A stretch of 64,000 nt of DNA from Acidimicrobiia bacterium (GCA_049317145.1 JBMOIW010000001.1:20133-84132); one strand, 5' to 3'; shown: positions 20,366 to 36,931, numbered from the stretch's first letter. Notes: generated by a model not told the origin, from the sequence alone. Numbers and translations: made by a program.

Positions 20366-20398
20366 CGTCAGTACCTGGTGCGGTTTGGATGAGAAGCA

Positions 20399-20716
20399 CT
20401 AACTCTTAATCTCGATATCAACGCCGGCAGGAAGGTCGAGGCGCTGAAGGCTCTCCACCGTCTTACCGGTCGGCTCGACGATGTCGATCAACCGCTTGTG
20501 GATCCGCATCTCAAAGTGCTCTCGGGAATCTTTGTCCCCGTGAGGAGCGCGCGTGACGCAGTACCGATGAATCTCGGTCGGCAGCGGCACAGGGCCGCGA
20601 ACCTTCGCCGACGTGCGAATGACGGTCTCCACGATTTTCTTCGCCGACTGGTCGATGATCTCGTGGTCGTACGCTTTGAGTCGGATCCGGATTTTTTGAC
20701 CCTGGGTTTCTGCCAT
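20399..20716 (-). CDS. rpsJ: 30S ribosomal protein S10
   Basis: 105 aa containing [26 protein letters not shown]...RLIDIVEP. Confidence 0.97.
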   Translation of the reverse strand: MAETQGQKIRIRLKAYDHEIIDQSAKKIVETVIRTSAKVRGPVPLPTEIHRYCVTRAPHGDKDSREHFEMRIHKRLIDIVEPTGKTVESLQRLDLPAGVDIEIKS

Positions 20717-20735
20717 GACGAGTTATTTGCCTTAA

Positions 20736-21923
<1,188 letters not shown>

Positions 21924-21969
21924 GGGACGACCCCTGCTCCTTTGCTGCGATGATTACGGATTACGAAAC

Positions 21970-24060
21970 TTATTCGCCGCGCACGCGTGCGACGATTTCT
22001 TGTGCAACCGATTCGGGCACTTGTTGGTATGAGCCGAACTGCATTGAGTAGGTGGCTCGACCTTGAGTACGCGACCGGAGGTCTCCAACGTAGCCGAACA
22101 TCTCGGCCAGCGGCACCTGGGAACGGATTACTTGGGCGTTACCCCGCTGTTCCATGCCTTCGACCTGGCCTCGACGTGAGTTCAGGTCACCGATGACATC
22201 ACCCATGTAGTCATCAGGGGTGACGACTTCGACTTTCATGATTGGCTCCAGCAGCACCGGGGTTGCGAGCCGGGCAGCCTTCTTAACCGCCAGTGAACCG
22301 GCGATCTTGAACGCCATTTCGGAGGAGTCCACGTCGTGGTACGAACCGTAGGTCAGCGTGGCCCGCACGTCGACCATCGGGTACCCGGCGAGAACGCCGT
22401 TGGTCAGCGCTTCTTCGATACCTGCGCCAACCGCTGGGATGTATTCACGCGGGATGACACCACCAGTGATCTTGTCCACGAACTCGAACCCGCCACCAGG
22501 GCCGGTCGGTTCGAGGGTGATGACCACGTGGCCATACTGACCCTTACCACCCGACTGGCGCACGTAGCGCTCTTCGACCTTCTCGACAGTCTTCGTGACG
22601 GTCTCGCGGTATGCGACTTGCGGCTTACCAACATTTGCCTCAACGTTGAACTCGCGACGCATGCGGTCGACGAGCACCTCAAGGTGAAGCTCGCCCATAC
22701 CAGAGATGATCGTCTGGCCCGTCTCCTCGTCGGTGCGCACCTGGAACGTGGGGTCTTCGTCGGAGAGTGAGCTCAGCGCCTTCCCCAGCTTGTCCTGGTC
22801 GTTCTTGGTCTTGGGCTCCACCGCAACCGAGATCACCGGCTCGGGGAATTCCATGCGCTCCAGGATGATCGGCGAGCTCTTGTCACAGAGCGTGTCGCCG
22901 GTGGTGGTCTGCTTAAAGCCCAGGCCGGCAACAATGTCGCCCGTAAACGCAGTGTCAATGTCTTCGCGCTGATTGGCGTGCATCCGCAAGATGCGGCCGA
23001 TGCGCTCTTTCTTGTCTTTCGTCGAGTTGTAGATCTCGGCACCCTTTTCGAGCGTGCCGGAGTACACCCGGAAGTACGTGAGCTTGCCGTACGGATCGGC
23101 AACGATCTTGAACGCCAACGCAGCAAACGGCTCGGAGTCGCTCGCCTTGCGCTCGACTTCGGCGTCGCCGGACATGTTGGTTCCGCTCGCTGGAAGAATG
23201 TCGATCGGCGACGGCAAGAAGTCGACGATCGCGTTGAGCATGGGCTGGACGCCCTTGTTCTTGAACGCGGAACCGCACATCACCGGTACGAATTCGTTGG
23301 CGATAGTGCCCTTGCGGATCGCAGCCTTCAACTCTTCAACAGAGATGGGCTCGTCGGCGAGGTACTTCTCCATCACGGCGTCGTCGGCACCGGAAACTGT
23401 TTCGAGCAACTCGGCGCGCCACTGATCGGCGTCGGCCTGCATCTCGGCGGGGATTTCTTCGACCGAAAAGTCCTGGCCTTCGCTCGGGTCATCGATAGGC
23501 CACGTAATGGCCTTCATCTGCACCAAGTCGACAATGCCGCGGTATTCGCCTTCGGAGCCGATCGGCAACGCAATCACTGCAGTGTTCGCAGCCAAGCGGT
23601 CCTTCATCATTTCGACGCAGCGGTAGAAGTCCGCACCGATGCGGTCCATCTTGTTGACAAAGCACATGCGCGGTACGTGGTACTTGTCCCCTTGGCGCCA
23701 TACAGTTTCGGTCTGCGGTTCAACACCGGCAACCGCGTCGAACACAGCGACTGCGCCGTCGAGCACGCGCAAGCTGCGCTCCACTTCAACGGTGAAGTCC
23801 ACGTGACCCGGCGTGTCGATGATGTTGATCTGGTGATCGTTCCACTGACAGGTCGTTGCCGCCGACGTGATGGTGATGCCGCGCTCTTGCTCTTGGATCA
23901 TGTGGTCCATGACCGCCGCGCCTTCGTGCACCTCGCCGATTTTGTAGGTACGGCCGGTGTAGTACAGGATGCGCTCGGTCGTCGTCGTTTTGCCCGCGTC
24001 GATGTGGGCCATGATTCCGATGTTGCGAACCCGATCGAGTGGGTAGCGCTTGTCACTCAT
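21970..24060 (-). CDS. fusA: Elongation factor G
   Basis: 696 aa with [27 protein letters not shown] and NKMD. Confidence 0.98.
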   Translation of the reverse strand: MSDKRYPLDRVRNIGIMAHIDAGKTTTTERILYYTGRTYKIGEVHEGAAVMDHMIQEQERGITITSAATTCQWNDHQINIIDTPGHVDFTVEVERSLRVLDGAVAVFDAVAGVEPQTETVWRQGDKYHVPRMCFVNKMDRIGADFYRCVEMMKDRLAANTAVIALPIGSEGEYRGIVDLVQMKAITWPIDDPSEGQDFSVEEIPAEMQADADQWRAELLETVSGADDAVMEKYLADEPISVEELKAAIRKGTIANEFVPVMCGSAFKNKGVQPMLNAIVDFLPSPIDILPASGTNMSGDAEVERKASDSEPFAALAFKIVADPYGKLTYFRVYSGTLEKGAEIYNSTKDKKERIGRILRMHANQREDIDTAFTGDIVAGLGFKQTTTGDTLCDKSSPIILERMEFPEPVISVAVEPKTKNDQDKLGKALSSLSDEDPTFQVRTDEETGQTIISGMGELHLEVLVDRMRREFNVEANVGKPQVAYRETVTKTVEKVEERYVRQSGGKGQYGHVVITLEPTGPGGGFEFVDKITGGVIPREYIPAVGAGIEEALTNGVLAGYPMVDVRATLTYGSYHDVDSSEMAFKIAGSLAVKKAARLATPVLLEPIMKVEVVTPDDYMGDVIGDLNSRRGQVEGMEQRGNAQVIRSQVPLAEMFGYVGDLRSRTQGRATYSMQFGSYQQVPESVAQEIVARVRGE

Positions 24061-24152
24061 CTCTCACTACTTCTTTTGTTCGGCCGGCACGAACCCGGGC
24101 GGGCGATCTGTCAAGAAAACAACGTTTAGCGATGCGAGTAATGCCGACGGCA

Positions 24153-24623
24153 TTACCAGCGGTAGTGCGCGAAGGCCTTGTTGGACTCAGCCATCTTCTG
24201 CAAATCTTCGCGACGCTTCATTGCCGCACCGATACCGTTGCTGGCATCGAGCAATTCGGCTGCCAAACGCAACGCCATGGTCTTTTCGCGGCGCTTGCGG
24301 GAGAAGTCCACGATCCAACGAATCGCAAGCGTTGTTGCGCGGCGCGGTCGCACTTCGACCGGAACCTGGTACGTCGCACCACCCACGCGGCGGCTACGCA
24401 CTTCGAGCGCCGGACGCACGTTCTCGACCGCGCGTTTGAGTGTTGCAACCGGATCGTTGCCCGATTTGCGCTCCATCTCGGCGAGCGCGTCATAGACGAT
24501 CTTCTCGGCGACGGAACGCTTGCCTTGGAGCAGCACTTTGTTGACGAGTTGCGTTACGACAACCGATCGATAAATCGGGTCCGGAACGAGTTCACGGCGG
24601 GGCGCGGGGCCTTTACGCGGCAT
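24153..24623 (-). CDS. rpsG: 30S ribosomal protein S7
   Basis: 156 aa starting [20 protein letters not shown] and ending ...NKAFAHYRW. Confidence 0.97.
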   Translation of the reverse strand: MPRKGPAPRRELVPDPIYRSVVVTQLVNKVLLQGKRSVAEKIVYDALAEMERKSGNDPVATLKRAVENVRPALEVRSRRVGGATYQVPVEVRPRRATTLAIRWIVDFSRKRREKTMALRLAAELLDASNGIGAAMKRREDLQKMAESNKAFAHYRW

Positions 24624-24625
24624 GA

Positions 24626-24994
24626 TTAGCCCTTCTTCGCGCCGTAACGGCTGCGAGCTTGCTTACGGTTCGCGACACCACCCGCGTCGAGGGCGCCACG
24701 AATGACTTTGTAACGCACACCCGGGAGGTCCTTCACACGACCACCACGCACGAGCACGATCGAGTGTTCCTGCAGGTTGTGGCCAATGCCCGGGATGTAC
24801 GCAGTGACTTCAACACCGCTCGAGAGCCGAACGCGGGCGACCTTACGCAACGCCGAGTTCGGCTTCTTGGGGGTACGGGTGTACACGCGCGTGCACACAC
24901 CGCGACGCTGCGGGGACCCCTTGAGGGCCGGTGTCTTGGACTTTTCCGGCTTGGTCGTCCGACCTTTGCGAACGAGCTGAGCGATGGTGGGCAC
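24626..24994 (-). CDS. rpsL: 30S ribosomal protein S12
   Basis: 122 aa with a GTG start. It begins [11 protein letters not shown] and contains [17 protein letters not shown]. Confidence 0.97.
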   Translation of the reverse strand: MPTIAQLVRKGRTTKPEKSKTPALKGSPQRRGVCTRVYTRTPKKPNSALRKVARVRLSSGVEVTAYIPGIGHNLQEHSIVLVRGGRVKDLPGVRYKVIRGALDAGGVANRKQARSRYGAKKG

Positions 24995-25040
24995 ACTTCT
25001 CCTAGAACAAAACGTGACCGGTAAACCGGTGCGGCGGACG

Positions 25041-25070
25041 AGGATAGAAACCCCGCCCGGATGTGGTCAA
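25041..25070 (-). promoter_or_regulatory. Candidate sigma-70-type promoter for rpsL-rpsG-fusA-tuf
   Basis: The minus strand reads TTGACC (25070-25065), an 18-nt spacer, then TATCCT (25046-25041). It lies about 45 nt upstream of the rpsL GTG, in the 94-nt rpoC-rpsL gap. Motif match only. Confidence 0.35.
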
Positions 25071-25088
25071 ACCCGCGAGGGCTGCCGG

Positions 25089-28000
25089 CTATTCGCCGGC
25101 AGCACGTTCGTCGGTTTCTTCGGTGGATTCGGGCTCGGGCGCCTCGACCATTTCGGGGGCTTGGTCCCAGTGCGTCGACTCGGCATCGGCCATGACCTCG
25201 GCGAACGAACTCGCCGACGGCTCGTTGGTCTGCCAGTCGGACCAGGCCTCCTGGCCTTCCATCGAGGCCCTGAGCCGATCAGCCAAGTCGAGATCGCTTT
25301 CGTAGTCCGAAGACCAGAACTCAAGCGGCTGGTAATCCGGCGCCACCGTACGGATGTCGCGGTAGCGGTTCATCCCGGTGCCCGCCGGGATGAGCTTGCC
25401 GATGATGACGTTTTCCTTGAGTCCTTCGAGCGAGTCGGAGCGACCCTCAATTGCCGCTTCGGTAAGCACTCGCGTGGTCTCTTGGAACGACGCCGCAGAC
25501 AACCACGAGTCGGTCGCCAACGACGCTTTGGTGATACCCATCAGCTCCGGTCGTCCTTCGGCGGGCTGTTTGCCTTCTTCAACCAAATGACGGTTCACAT
25601 CGGCGTAGAGACGGGAGTCGACCTTTTCCCCCGGCAAGAACTTCGAATCGCCGGGCTCGGAGACCGCAACGCGCCGCAGCATCTGACGCACGATCACTTC
25701 GACGTGCTTGTCGTGAATCGACACACCCTGCTCGCGGTACACCTTTTGGACTTCGTCGACGAGGTACACCTGTGTTTCGCGTGTTCCCTTGATGTCGAGG
25801 ATTTCCTTCGGGTCGAGCGGAGTCTTCTCGTCGCCGACGAGGCGCTGCCCCGCCTGGACTTCGGAACCTTCGTTCACGGCAAGCTGTGCGCGGCGGGACA
25901 CCACGTGGTCGTCCTCGGTACCGTCATCAGCAATGACAGTAATGATGCGCTCGCCCTTTTCGTTCTCGCCAACACGCACCACACCCGAAGTGCGGGCCAA
26001 GGTGGCTTTCCCCTTCGGGGTACGCGCTTCGAAGAGTTCGACGACGCGAGGCAAACCATGGGTGATGTCTTCACCAGCCACACCACCCGTGTGGAAGGTA
26101 CGCATTGTGAGCTGCGTACCTGGCTCACCAATCGATTGGGCGGCAATGATGCCGACGGCTTCGCCGAGGTCGGCGAGCTTGCCGGTGGCGAGCATCGTGC
26201 CGTAGCAGTGCGAGCACACTCCAACGAGCGATTCGCAGGTCAGCGCAGAACGAACGCGCACCCGCTCCACACTGGGATCGGCGATCAGCGTTGCGAGTTC
26301 ATCCTCGCCCACTTCGGTGTTGCGCGCCATGACGGTGCTGTCCGAGAGCGTGATGTCTTCGGCCAGGCAACGGTGCATCAACTTGGTCTCGAGATACCGC
26401 GCGAGTTCGTGTCCCTCGATGACATTGTCGATCCACACACCGCGGTTGGTGCCGCAGTCCTCTTCACGAATGATGAGTTCCTGTGACACGTCAACGAGAC
26501 GACGCGTGAGGTATCCAGAGTCCGCGGTACGAAGCGCCGTGTCGGCCAGACCCTTACGGGCACCGTGGGTCGAGATGAAGTACTCGAGCACGGAAAGGCC
26601 CTCACGGAAGTTCGACTTGATCGGGCGCTGAATGATTTCACCACGCGGGTTTGCCACCAGACCGCGCATACCGGCGATCTGACGAACCTGCATGATGTTT
26701 CCTCGAGCACCCGAGCCGATCATCATTTCGATCGGGTTGAAGGTGTTGGCTTCGAGTTCGCGCTGCATTGCTTCACGAACTTTGTCGGTCGCCTCGGTCC
26801 AGATTTCGATTTCCTTCTGGCGCCGTTCGTCGTCGGTGATCACACCACGCTCATACTGGCTCTCAACCTTCGCGGCTTCGGCCTCGAACTGGTTGAGCAG
26901 TTCACGCTTTTGATCCGGCGTCTTAACGTCAGCAACCGAAATCGTGAGACCCGAACGGGTTGCGAAGTCGAACCCGGTGTCCTTCATCTTGTCGAGGCAC
27001 TCTGCGACAACTGCACGGTCGTACTTGTCGACCAATGCGCTGACGATGTCTCCGACGTCCTTCTTCTTTACCCGACGGCTAACGAAGGGGAAGTCGTCCG
27101 GGAACGACTGATTGAAAATCAGGCGTCCATATGTGGATTCAACGAGCACCGTGCCGTCGCTGTAACGACGCAGCACCGGGCTTTGCGGATCGGTGTCCCG
27201 CGTTGCGAAGACCGCCGCAGGGAAGCGACGCCCAGGCATACGCACTTTGATCAATGCGTGCACCGAAAGCCCCTCGGCTTCGCCGTTCGCAGCATTGCGA
27301 GCGTCGTAGGCCAAGATCGCTTCGTCGAGCGACGCGAACGCGCGGCCTTCGCCGGCGGCACCTTCGACGATTTCGTTCATGTAGTACGAACCGATGATCA
27401 TGTCCTGCGTCGGCGTCGAGATCGGACGGCCGTTTGCGGGCGACAAGATGTTGTGCGCCGAAAGCATCAACAGACGCGCTTCGGCCTGTGCCTCCGTCGA
27501 AAGCGGAAGGTGCACGGCCATCTGGTCTCCGTCGAAGTCCGCGTTGAACGCAGTACAGACCAATGGATGAATCTGAATCGCTTTTCCTTCAACGAGCACT
27601 GGCTCGAACGCTTGGATACCCAAGCGGTGCAGCGTTGGCGCACGGTTCAAGAACACTGGGTGCTCTTTGATGACGTCTTCGAGTACGTCCCACACCTGCG
27701 AGCGAGCACGCTCCACCATCCGCTTTGCGGACTTGATGTTTTGCGCATACTCGAGGTCAACCAACCGCTTCATCACAAAGGGCTTGAACAATTCGAGCGC
27801 CATCTGCTTGGGCAGACCGCACTGGTGCAACTTGAGCTGCGGGCCCACCACGATGACGGAACGGCCCGAATAGTCCACGCGCTTGCCGAGCAAGTTCTGA
27901 CGGAAGCGACCCTGCTTGCCTTTGAGCATGTCGGAGAGCGACTTGAGCGCACGGTTTCCGGGCCCGGTCACCGGCCGGCCACGACGGCCGTTGTCGAAGA

Positions 28001-29168
28001 GCGCGTCGACTGCTTCTTGCAGCATGCGCTTTTCGTTGTTGATGATGATTTCGGGCGCACCGAGATCCAACAGCCGCTTGAGACGGTTGTTGCGGTTAAT
28101 CACCCGGCGGTACAAATCGTTGAGGTCAGAGGTAGCAAAACGGCCACCGTCGAGCTGCACCATCGGACGCAGGTCCGGCGGAATGACCGGCACTGCGTCC
28201 AGGATCATGCCCATTGGCGAGTTGATCGGATTGCCGTCCGCGTTCCTGCGATTGAACGCCGAAACCACCTTGAGACGCTTGATCGCCTTCGCCTTGCGCT
28301 GACCCTTCGAGGTTGCAATCGTCGACTTGAGTTCGACTTCTTCGGTCGCGAGATCGAGACGGCTCACCAAGTCCTTGACCGCTTCGGCACCCATACCACC
28401 TGCGTAGTACTCGGCAAACCGATCTTGCAGGTCACGCCATACACGTTCATCGTCGACGAGTTGCTTGGGCGACAAGCTGCGGAAGGTGTCCCACACCGTT
28501 TTGAGGTGTGCGAGTTCCGTTTGGTAACGCTCGCGCAATTCTTCGATTTCTTTTTCGGCGCCTTTGCGAAGCTTGTTGATCTCGGCTTCTTTCGCGTTAC
28601 GCTTCTCTGCTTCTTTGAGCTCGCCTTCGAGCTCTTGAAAGCGTGCTTCGATCCGAACATCGCGCTCGCGTTCGACGTCGTCGATTTCGGCGCGCATTTC
28701 TGCTTCGAGCTTGGCCAAATCGGTGTGCCGCTTTTCGTCATCAACCCACGTGACAAGGTGCGACGCGAAATAAATGACCTTCTCAAGGCTCTTGGGGGCA
28801 ATGTCGAGGAGGTATCCGAGACGACTCGGAACACCCTTGAAGTACCAAATATGGGTGACCGGAGCAGCGAGCTCGATGTGCCCCATGCGTTCACGCCGCA
28901 CCTTGGAGCGCGTGACCTCGACGCCACAGCGTTCACAGATGATGCCCTTGAAGCGGACGCGCTTGTACTTACCGCAGTAGCACTCCCAGTCCTTGGTCGG
29001 CCCAAAGATCTTCTCGCAGAACAAGCCGTCCTTTTCGGGCTTGAAGGTGCGGTAGTTAATCGTCTCGGGCTTCTTGACCTCTCCATTGCTCCAGTTGCGG
29101 ATTTGATCCGCAGTGGCAAGCGAAATGGACAGCTGATCCGATTCGTTGACGTCGAGCACGAAGCTCAT
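25089..29168 (-). CDS. rpoC: DNA-directed RNA polymerase subunit beta-prime
   Basis: 1359 aa with the zinc motif [23 protein letters not shown] and the catalytic [14 protein letters not shown]. Confidence 0.98.
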   Translation of the reverse strand: MSFVLDVNESDQLSISLATADQIRNWSNGEVKKPETINYRTFKPEKDGLFCEKIFGPTKDWECYCGKYKRVRFKGIICERCGVEVTRSKVRRERMGHIELAAPVTHIWYFKGVPSRLGYLLDIAPKSLEKVIYFASHLVTWVDDEKRHTDLAKLEAEMRAEIDDVERERDVRIEARFQELEGELKEAEKRNAKEAEINKLRKGAEKEIEELRERYQTELAHLKTVWDTFRSLSPKQLVDDERVWRDLQDRFAEYYAGGMGAEAVKDLVSRLDLATEEVELKSTIATSKGQRKAKAIKRLKVVSAFNRRNADGNPINSPMGMILDAVPVIPPDLRPMVQLDGGRFATSDLNDLYRRVINRNNRLKRLLDLGAPEIIINNEKRMLQEAVDALFDNGRRGRPVTGPGNRALKSLSDMLKGKQGRFRQNLLGKRVDYSGRSVIVVGPQLKLHQCGLPKQMALELFKPFVMKRLVDLEYAQNIKSAKRMVERARSQVWDVLEDVIKEHPVFLNRAPTLHRLGIQAFEPVLVEGKAIQIHPLVCTAFNADFDGDQMAVHLPLSTEAQAEARLLMLSAHNILSPANGRPISTPTQDMIIGSYYMNEIVEGAAGEGRAFASLDEAILAYDARNAANGEAEGLSVHALIKVRMPGRRFPAAVFATRDTDPQSPVLRRYSDGTVLVESTYGRLIFNQSFPDDFPFVSRRVKKKDVGDIVSALVDKYDRAVVAECLDKMKDTGFDFATRSGLTISVADVKTPDQKRELLNQFEAEAAKVESQYERGVITDDERRQKEIEIWTEATDKVREAMQRELEANTFNPIEMMIGSGARGNIMQVRQIAGMRGLVANPRGEIIQRPIKSNFREGLSVLEYFISTHGARKGLADTALRTADSGYLTRRLVDVSQELIIREEDCGTNRGVWIDNVIEGHELARYLETKLMHRCLAEDITLSDSTVMARNTEVGEDELATLIADPSVERVRVRSALTCESLVGVCSHCYGTMLATGKLADLGEAVGIIAAQSIGEPGTQLTMRTFHTGGVAGEDITHGLPRVVELFEARTPKGKATLARTSGVVRVGENEKGERIITVIADDGTEDDHVVSRRAQLAVNEGSEVQAGQRLVGDEKTPLDPKEILDIKGTRETQVYLVDEVQKVYREQGVSIHDKHVEVIVRQMLRRVAVSEPGDSKFLPGEKVDSRLYADVNRHLVEEGKQPAEGRPELMGITKASLATDSWLSAASFQETTRVLTEAAIEGRSDSLEGLKENVIIGKLIPAGTGMNRYRDIRTVAPDYQPLEFWSSDYESDLDLADRLRASMEGQEAWSDWQTNEPSASSFAEVMADAESTHWDQAPEMVEAPEPESTEETDERAAGE

Positions 29169-29219
29169 CTCCTCACGCTGAACATATGCCGGCGGGCGGT
29201 GCGCCCGCCGGCGGGGGAC

Positions 29220-32705
<3,486 letters not shown>

Positions 32706-32842
32706 TCCTCTATTGCTATTGCGTCAGGTACGTACAAAAAGACGCGCGAAAGCACCGGCGATGGGGTAAGCGGGTACACAAACAGGCGGACACGGCTCGG
32801 CGGAGCCTACCGGAGTCTCAGGCCCAGGTCCAAACGCAAGTA

Positions 32843-32860
32843 CCGTCGCCGGAGCGACGG
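32843..32860 (-). promoter_or_regulatory. Hairpin in the rplL-rpoB intergenic region
   Basis: CCGTCGC-cgga-GCGACGG (7-bp stem) read directly. Its location suits an rplL-rpoB attenuator, but function is not demonstrated. Confidence 0.25.
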
Positions 32861-32940
32861 TGTATTGCGGCGGAGGATAAGCCTGCCCCCCGGATTGGTC
32901 AAGCATTCGCGCGCGGCATTTGTGCCGTTACGCGAAGTTC

Positions 32941-32961
32941 TGGGGGAGTTGAGGTCCCCCA
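32941..32961 (-). terminator. Hairpin 16 nt downstream of the rplL stop (possible attenuator)
   Basis: TGGGGGA-(7 nt)-TCCCCCA read directly, with no U-tract. E. coli has a partial terminator at the equivalent rplL-rpoB junction. Confidence 0.3.
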
Positions 32962-32977
32962 GACCCGTTTCGCAGTA

Positions 32978-33370
32978 CTACTTGAGTTCGACGGATGCGC
33001 CGGCTTCTTCGAGCTTGGCCTTGGCCTTCTCGGCGTCTTCCTTCGAGACTTTTTCCATGACTGGCTTGGGTGCACCGTCGACGAGGTCCTTGGCTTCCTT
33101 CAACCCGAGGCTTGTCAGTTCGCGCACGACCTTGATGACCTGGATCTTGGCGTCACCAGCAGCCGTGAGGATGACATCGAATTCGTCCTGCTCTTCTGCT
33201 GCGGCTTCGCCTGCTCCACCGCCGGCTGCGGCTGCACCAACTGCAGCAACTGCAACCGGTGCTGCGGCCGTTACGCCGAACTCTTCTTCGAACGCCTTCA
33301 AGAACTCATTGAGTTCGAGGACGGTCATGTTTTTGAACACGTCCAGCAGGTCGGCAGTTGACATAGCCAT
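32978..33370 (-). CDS. rplL: 50S ribosomal protein L7/L12
   Basis: 130 aa with an Ala-rich hinge and the C-terminal domain [28 protein letters not shown]. Confidence 0.97.
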   Translation of the reverse strand: MAMSTADLLDVFKNMTVLELNEFLKAFEEEFGVTAAAPVAVAAVGAAAAGGGAGEAAAEEQDEFDVILTAAGDAKIQVIKVVRELTSLGLKEAKDLVDGAPKPVMEKVSKEDAEKAKAKLEEAGASVELK

Positions 33371-33438
33371 TGCATTGCTCCTTGTTGTTTCGAACGTTGT
33401 ATCGAATCAGGTTGAGATTGGTTTGAAAAACGAGTGCG

Positions 33439-33987
33439 TTACGACGCGTCTGCGGCCGCACGCTGGTCGGCGTAGGCCTTGAGGCCGTAAGCGAAGTTGC
33501 GAGGGAAAGCTTGGAAAAGACCAGCTGCCTTGGTGAGCGGTGCTTGGAAACCACCGGCCAAACGCGCCAGCAGCACTTCGCGCGGCGGAACTTCGGCAAG
33601 CGCCTCGACGTCCTTGACGCTCAATGTGCGAGTGCCAAGTACACCGCCTTTGATGACGAGGTTCTGGTTGCCTTTGGCGAAATCCTTCAGCGCTTTCGCG
33701 GCGGCGACCGCGTCACCACGCACAAACGCAATTGCCACCGGGCCTTCCAGGCTCGGGGCGAGGTCACCGAGACCCACCTCAGAGGCGGCTCGACGGGCCA
33801 AGGTGTTTTTGAAGACCTTGTAGTCGGTACCCGCCGGGCGCAGTGCGTTGCGCAGGTTGGCGATCTCGGGGACCGTCAGTCCGCGGTACTCGGTGAGCAC
33901 AGCGGCCTCGGATCCACGAAAACGCTCCGTGATATCTGCGACAACCGCTTCTTTTTTTTGCCGTTGTTCTTTGACCGGTGCAGTCAT
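33439..33987 (-). CDS. rplJ: 50S ribosomal protein L10
   Basis: The internal ATG at 33987 is preceded by GAAGGA and gives 182 aa (MTAPVKEQRQKKEAVVADITERF...). The track ORF adds 18 unsupported codons. Confidence 0.94.
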   Translation of the reverse strand: MTAPVKEQRQKKEAVVADITERFRGSEAAVLTEYRGLTVPEIANLRNALRPAGTDYKVFKNTLARRAASEVGLGDLAPSLEGPVAIAFVRGDAVAAAKALKDFAKGNQNLVIKGGVLGTRTLSVKDVEALAEVPPREVLLARLAGGFQAPLTKAAGLFQAFPRNFAYGLKAYADQRAAADAS

Positions 33988-34284
33988 GATTCCTTCAATG
34001 AAATCGAGGCGCCTCCGACCCACGCGAAACGCCCCGAGCACATTGCTTGGAATCGCCTCGTCCGGTGGGAACCCATTAACCCTTGCGGGGCCGGAGGTCT
34101 TTGGCAGGTATGAACTTGTGACCGCCAGAGGTTAGTCATCCCCTCTCGGAGGGCGCCAATGCGCCCGCGGTTCACGATCGGGCCGGCTGGCATACCTGGA
34201 GAATTTTCCCAGTCTTGTTGCGGTCGGATCGGTTGGGGTCGGTTCCTGCGTCAGGGATGCTCGAGGGCACGGCGGCCCTACGGA
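33988..34284 (-). promoter_or_regulatory. Long structured rplJ 5' region (possible L10 leader/autoregulatory element plus promoter)
   Basis: 297-nt non-coding gap upstream of rplJ. It contains several GC stems, such as GGGCGC-attg-GCGCCC and AGAGG...CCTCT. Ribosomal L10 leaders are known in Gram-positives. No covariance-model check was possible. Confidence 0.3.
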
Positions 34285-35628
34285 TTAGAGCTGATCCAAT
34301 ATGGCATCGATGTCGGCATGCGTGCAGTTGGGGTTCACGAACGCCATGCGCAACACCCTTTCGCGTTGATGCCGCGTCGGGAGCACGAAGCCTTCGCCGC
34401 GGCGAAGCAGGTCCTCGCTCCATGCCGTGTAGTCGTCGGGCCCCCAACCAATACGCCGGAACACCACTATCGAAAGTTCGCCGATCAACATTTCGAGCCG
34501 CGGATGTTCCTCGATGCAAGCGCGCGCGTATTGCGCGAGCTCCATTCCCGCATCGATCGCATCTTGGTAGGCCCGCGTACCGTTTGCAACAAGGGAGTAC
34601 CAGAACGGCAATCCGCGCGCGCGTCGCGTCAAGTGCACTGCAAGGTCCGACGGATTCATCTCCCCTTGCTGGGGCTCAAGGTACGCAGCGATTTGCGCGT
34701 GTGCACGCCGCGCCCACATTGCGTCGCGATACAACAACGCGCACGAGTCGAACGGTGTAAAGAGCCATTTGTGCGGGTCGACGATAAACGAATCACTCAA
34801 CTCGATTCCTGCCATCTGCACGCGGTGTGCATCGGAAGCAAGCACGGCTGCGCCGTACGCTCCATCGACATGGAACCACAGGTCGTGTGCCCGCGCGACC
34901 ATCGCGACCGCGGACAGGTCATCCACGATGCCCGTGTTGGTGTGTCCTGCAGTTGTGATGACCGCAAAGCATTTCTGGTCGGGCGAGAGCGTCGCGAGCG
35001 TGTCGGCGACGTCGTGCGCACGAAGGCGTGCAGTGTGCGGCTCGCCGGGACAGCGCACAACGTCGACATCCATCACACGTGCAACGTGCTCCACACTCGA
35101 GTGCGAACCGGCACCGGTCACGATCACCCAACGCTGGGACAATTCCTTGTCGAACAATTCGCGCGCGCGAAGTCGCGCCGCGACGAGTGCAGAGAGGTTT
35201 CCGAGCGTGCCACCGGGAACAAACGCGCCCTCCGCCGTGGAGGGATAACCGGCTCGTTCGGCCAGCCAACCCAACGCTTGATTCTCCGCCCAGACTGCTC
35301 CGGAACCTTCGAGCCATGAGCCGCCGTAGATTGACGACGCGCTAACCACGAGATCAAACATGGACGCGGCAGCGGTGGGTGCGTTCGGGATAAACGCTAG
35401 GTATCGCGGGTGATCGGTACTGATGCACCCGGTCGCAAGTTCTTTCTCGAAGATCTCGAGCGCGCGCTCACCACCGATGCCGTCGGGCGTGATGGTGTGC
35501 CCAAGAAGGTCGTCGTACTCGTGTTTAGGTCGGGGTCCGTCGAGCGGCATGTCTTGCGACAGCCGCCAACGGACATACCGAATGATTGCCTCGAGTTCGC
35601 CAGCCTGGCGGGACGTGAATTCGTGCAC
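34285..35628 (-). CDS. Pyridoxal-phosphate-dependent decarboxylase, group II (aromatic-L-amino-acid / glutamate / diaminobutyrate decarboxylase-like)
   Basis: 447 aa with the PLP-lysine context SFIVDPHKWLFTPFDSCALLYRD, and upstream blocks FVPGGTLGNLSALVAAR and HVDGAYGAA. Substrate cannot be assigned from the sequence. Confidence 0.85.
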   Translation of the reverse strand: MHEFTSRQAGELEAIIRYVRWRLSQDMPLDGPRPKHEYDDLLGHTITPDGIGGERALEIFEKELATGCISTDHPRYLAFIPNAPTAAASMFDLVVSASSIYGGSWLEGSGAVWAENQALGWLAERAGYPSTAEGAFVPGGTLGNLSALVAARLRARELFDKELSQRWVIVTGAGSHSSVEHVARVMDVDVVRCPGEPHTARLRAHDVADTLATLSPDQKCFAVITTAGHTNTGIVDDLSAVAMVARAHDLWFHVDGAYGAAVLASDAHRVQMAGIELSDSFIVDPHKWLFTPFDSCALLYRDAMWARRAHAQIAAYLEPQQGEMNPSDLAVHLTRRARGLPFWYSLVANGTRAYQDAIDAGMELAQYARACIEEHPRLEMLIGELSIVVFRRIGWGPDDYTAWSEDLLRRGEGFVLPTRHQRERVLRMAFVNPNCTHADIDAILDQL

Positions 35629-35657
35629 GCCCCATTATGGACCGCCAGTCGAGCCGA

Positions 35658-36362
35658 TCAGGCTTGTTCGTCGAGGCCCTTGTTCGGGTCGATCTTGACG
35701 CCCGGGCCCATGGTGGAAGACACCGAGATCGTCCTGACGTAACGACCCTTCGAAGCCGACGGCTTTGCGCGCATCACTTCGTCGAGAACTGCCCGATAGT
35801 TCTCCGCGAGTTGCTGAGCATCGAAGCTGGCCTTGCCGATCGGCACATGCACGTTGCCGAATTTATCGGCGCGGTACTCGACGCGACCGGCCTTGAACTC
35901 GGCGACTGCTTTGCCGACATCGGTGGTGACCGTTCCGGTCTTGGGGTTCGGCATCAAGCCACGCGGACCAAGCGCTCGACCTAGCTTTCCGACCTGACCC
36001 ATGAGGTCCGGCGTTGCGATCGCAATATCGAAGTCCATGAATCCCTTCGCAACCCGATCGACCAAATCCTCCGCGCCCACGACATCGGCGCCGGCTTCTT
36101 GCGCTTCGCGAGCAGCGTCACCCTGGGCGAATACCGCAATGCGCACCGCAGAACCGCGGCCGTGGGGCAACGCGACCGTGCCGCGAATCATTTGGTCGGC
36201 CTTGCGGGGGTCGATTCCGAGGCGGAACACGACGTCCACACCTTCGTTGAACTTCCGCTTGGCGGCGCCTTTCACCATCGACATCGCTTCGACCGGTGCA
36301 TATTGCGTCGTGCGGTCAATGGTTTTGACTGCGTCCTTGTAGATCTTTCCTTGCTTCGCCAT
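35658..36362 (-). CDS. rplA: 50S ribosomal protein L1
   Basis: The internal ATG at 36362 is preceded by GAGGGAG and gives 234 aa ([18 protein letters not shown]...). Confidence 0.95.
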   Translation of the reverse strand: MAKQGKIYKDAVKTIDRTTQYAPVEAMSMVKGAAKRKFNEGVDVVFRLGIDPRKADQMIRGTVALPHGRGSAVRIAVFAQGDAAREAQEAGADVVGAEDLVDRVAKGFMDFDIAIATPDLMGQVGKLGRALGPRGLMPNPKTGTVTTDVGKAVAEFKAGRVEYRADKFGNVHVPIGKASFDAQQLAENYRAVLDEVMRAKPSASKGRYVRTISVSSTMGPGVKIDPNKGLDEQA

Positions 36363-36487
36363 GGTGGCTCCCTCAACGTGTAAGTCGGTACTCCCGACGA
36401 TGACCACCCAACTGCGAGGTTGTCAGCTGGGATCACGACACGCGAACGCGTGCCGTTGGAATGTTGCGCACGGCTACCCCGTTGGAA

Positions 36488-36916
36488 CTAGCCCTCGACG
36501 TCGATGCCCATCGAACGCGCCGTACCGGCAACCTGTGCCATGGCGCCTTCGAGATCAATCGCGTTGAGGTCCGGCATTTTGGTTTCGGCGATCTCACGCA
36601 CCTGCGCGCTCGACACCTTGCCCACCTTGTCCTTGCGCGGATTCGCCGAACCCTTCTCCAGCCCTGCGGCTTTCCGCAAGAGAACCGGGGTCGGCGGAGT
36701 CTTGGTGACGAAGTCGAAGGATCGGTCTTCGTACACCGAGATCTCAACCGGGATAATGGTTCCCTTCTGCGATTCGGTTGCAGCGTTGTACGCCTTGCAG
36801 AAGTCCATGATGTTGATGCCGTGCGGACCCAGCGCAGTTCCAACCGGCGGTGCCGGCGTAGCCGCGCCTGCTTGGATTTGGATCTTAACGACGGCAGCGA
36901 GCTTCTTTTTGCCCAC
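36488..36916 (-). CDS. rplK: 50S ribosomal protein L11
   Basis: 142 aa containing [36 protein letters not shown]. Confidence 0.97.
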   Translation of the reverse strand: MGKKKLAAVVKIQIQAGAATPAPPVGTALGPHGINIMDFCKAYNAATESQKGTIIPVEISVYEDRSFDFVTKTPPTPVLLRKAAGLEKGSANPRKDKVGKVSSAQVREIAETKMPDLNAIDLEGAMAQVAGTARSMGIDVEG

Positions 36917-36931
36917 GAATTACTCCTCGGT

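Noticed and set aside
20040-20399. 119-aa ORF immediately downstream of rpsJ, considered as an intact gene
   Set aside because: Its first approximately 20 codons are the terminator-like hairpin itself. The C-terminal part loses any family resemblance, while a second frame carries a GNAT-like ending. No frame gives a credible complete protein. It is treated as decayed sequence pending re-sequencing.
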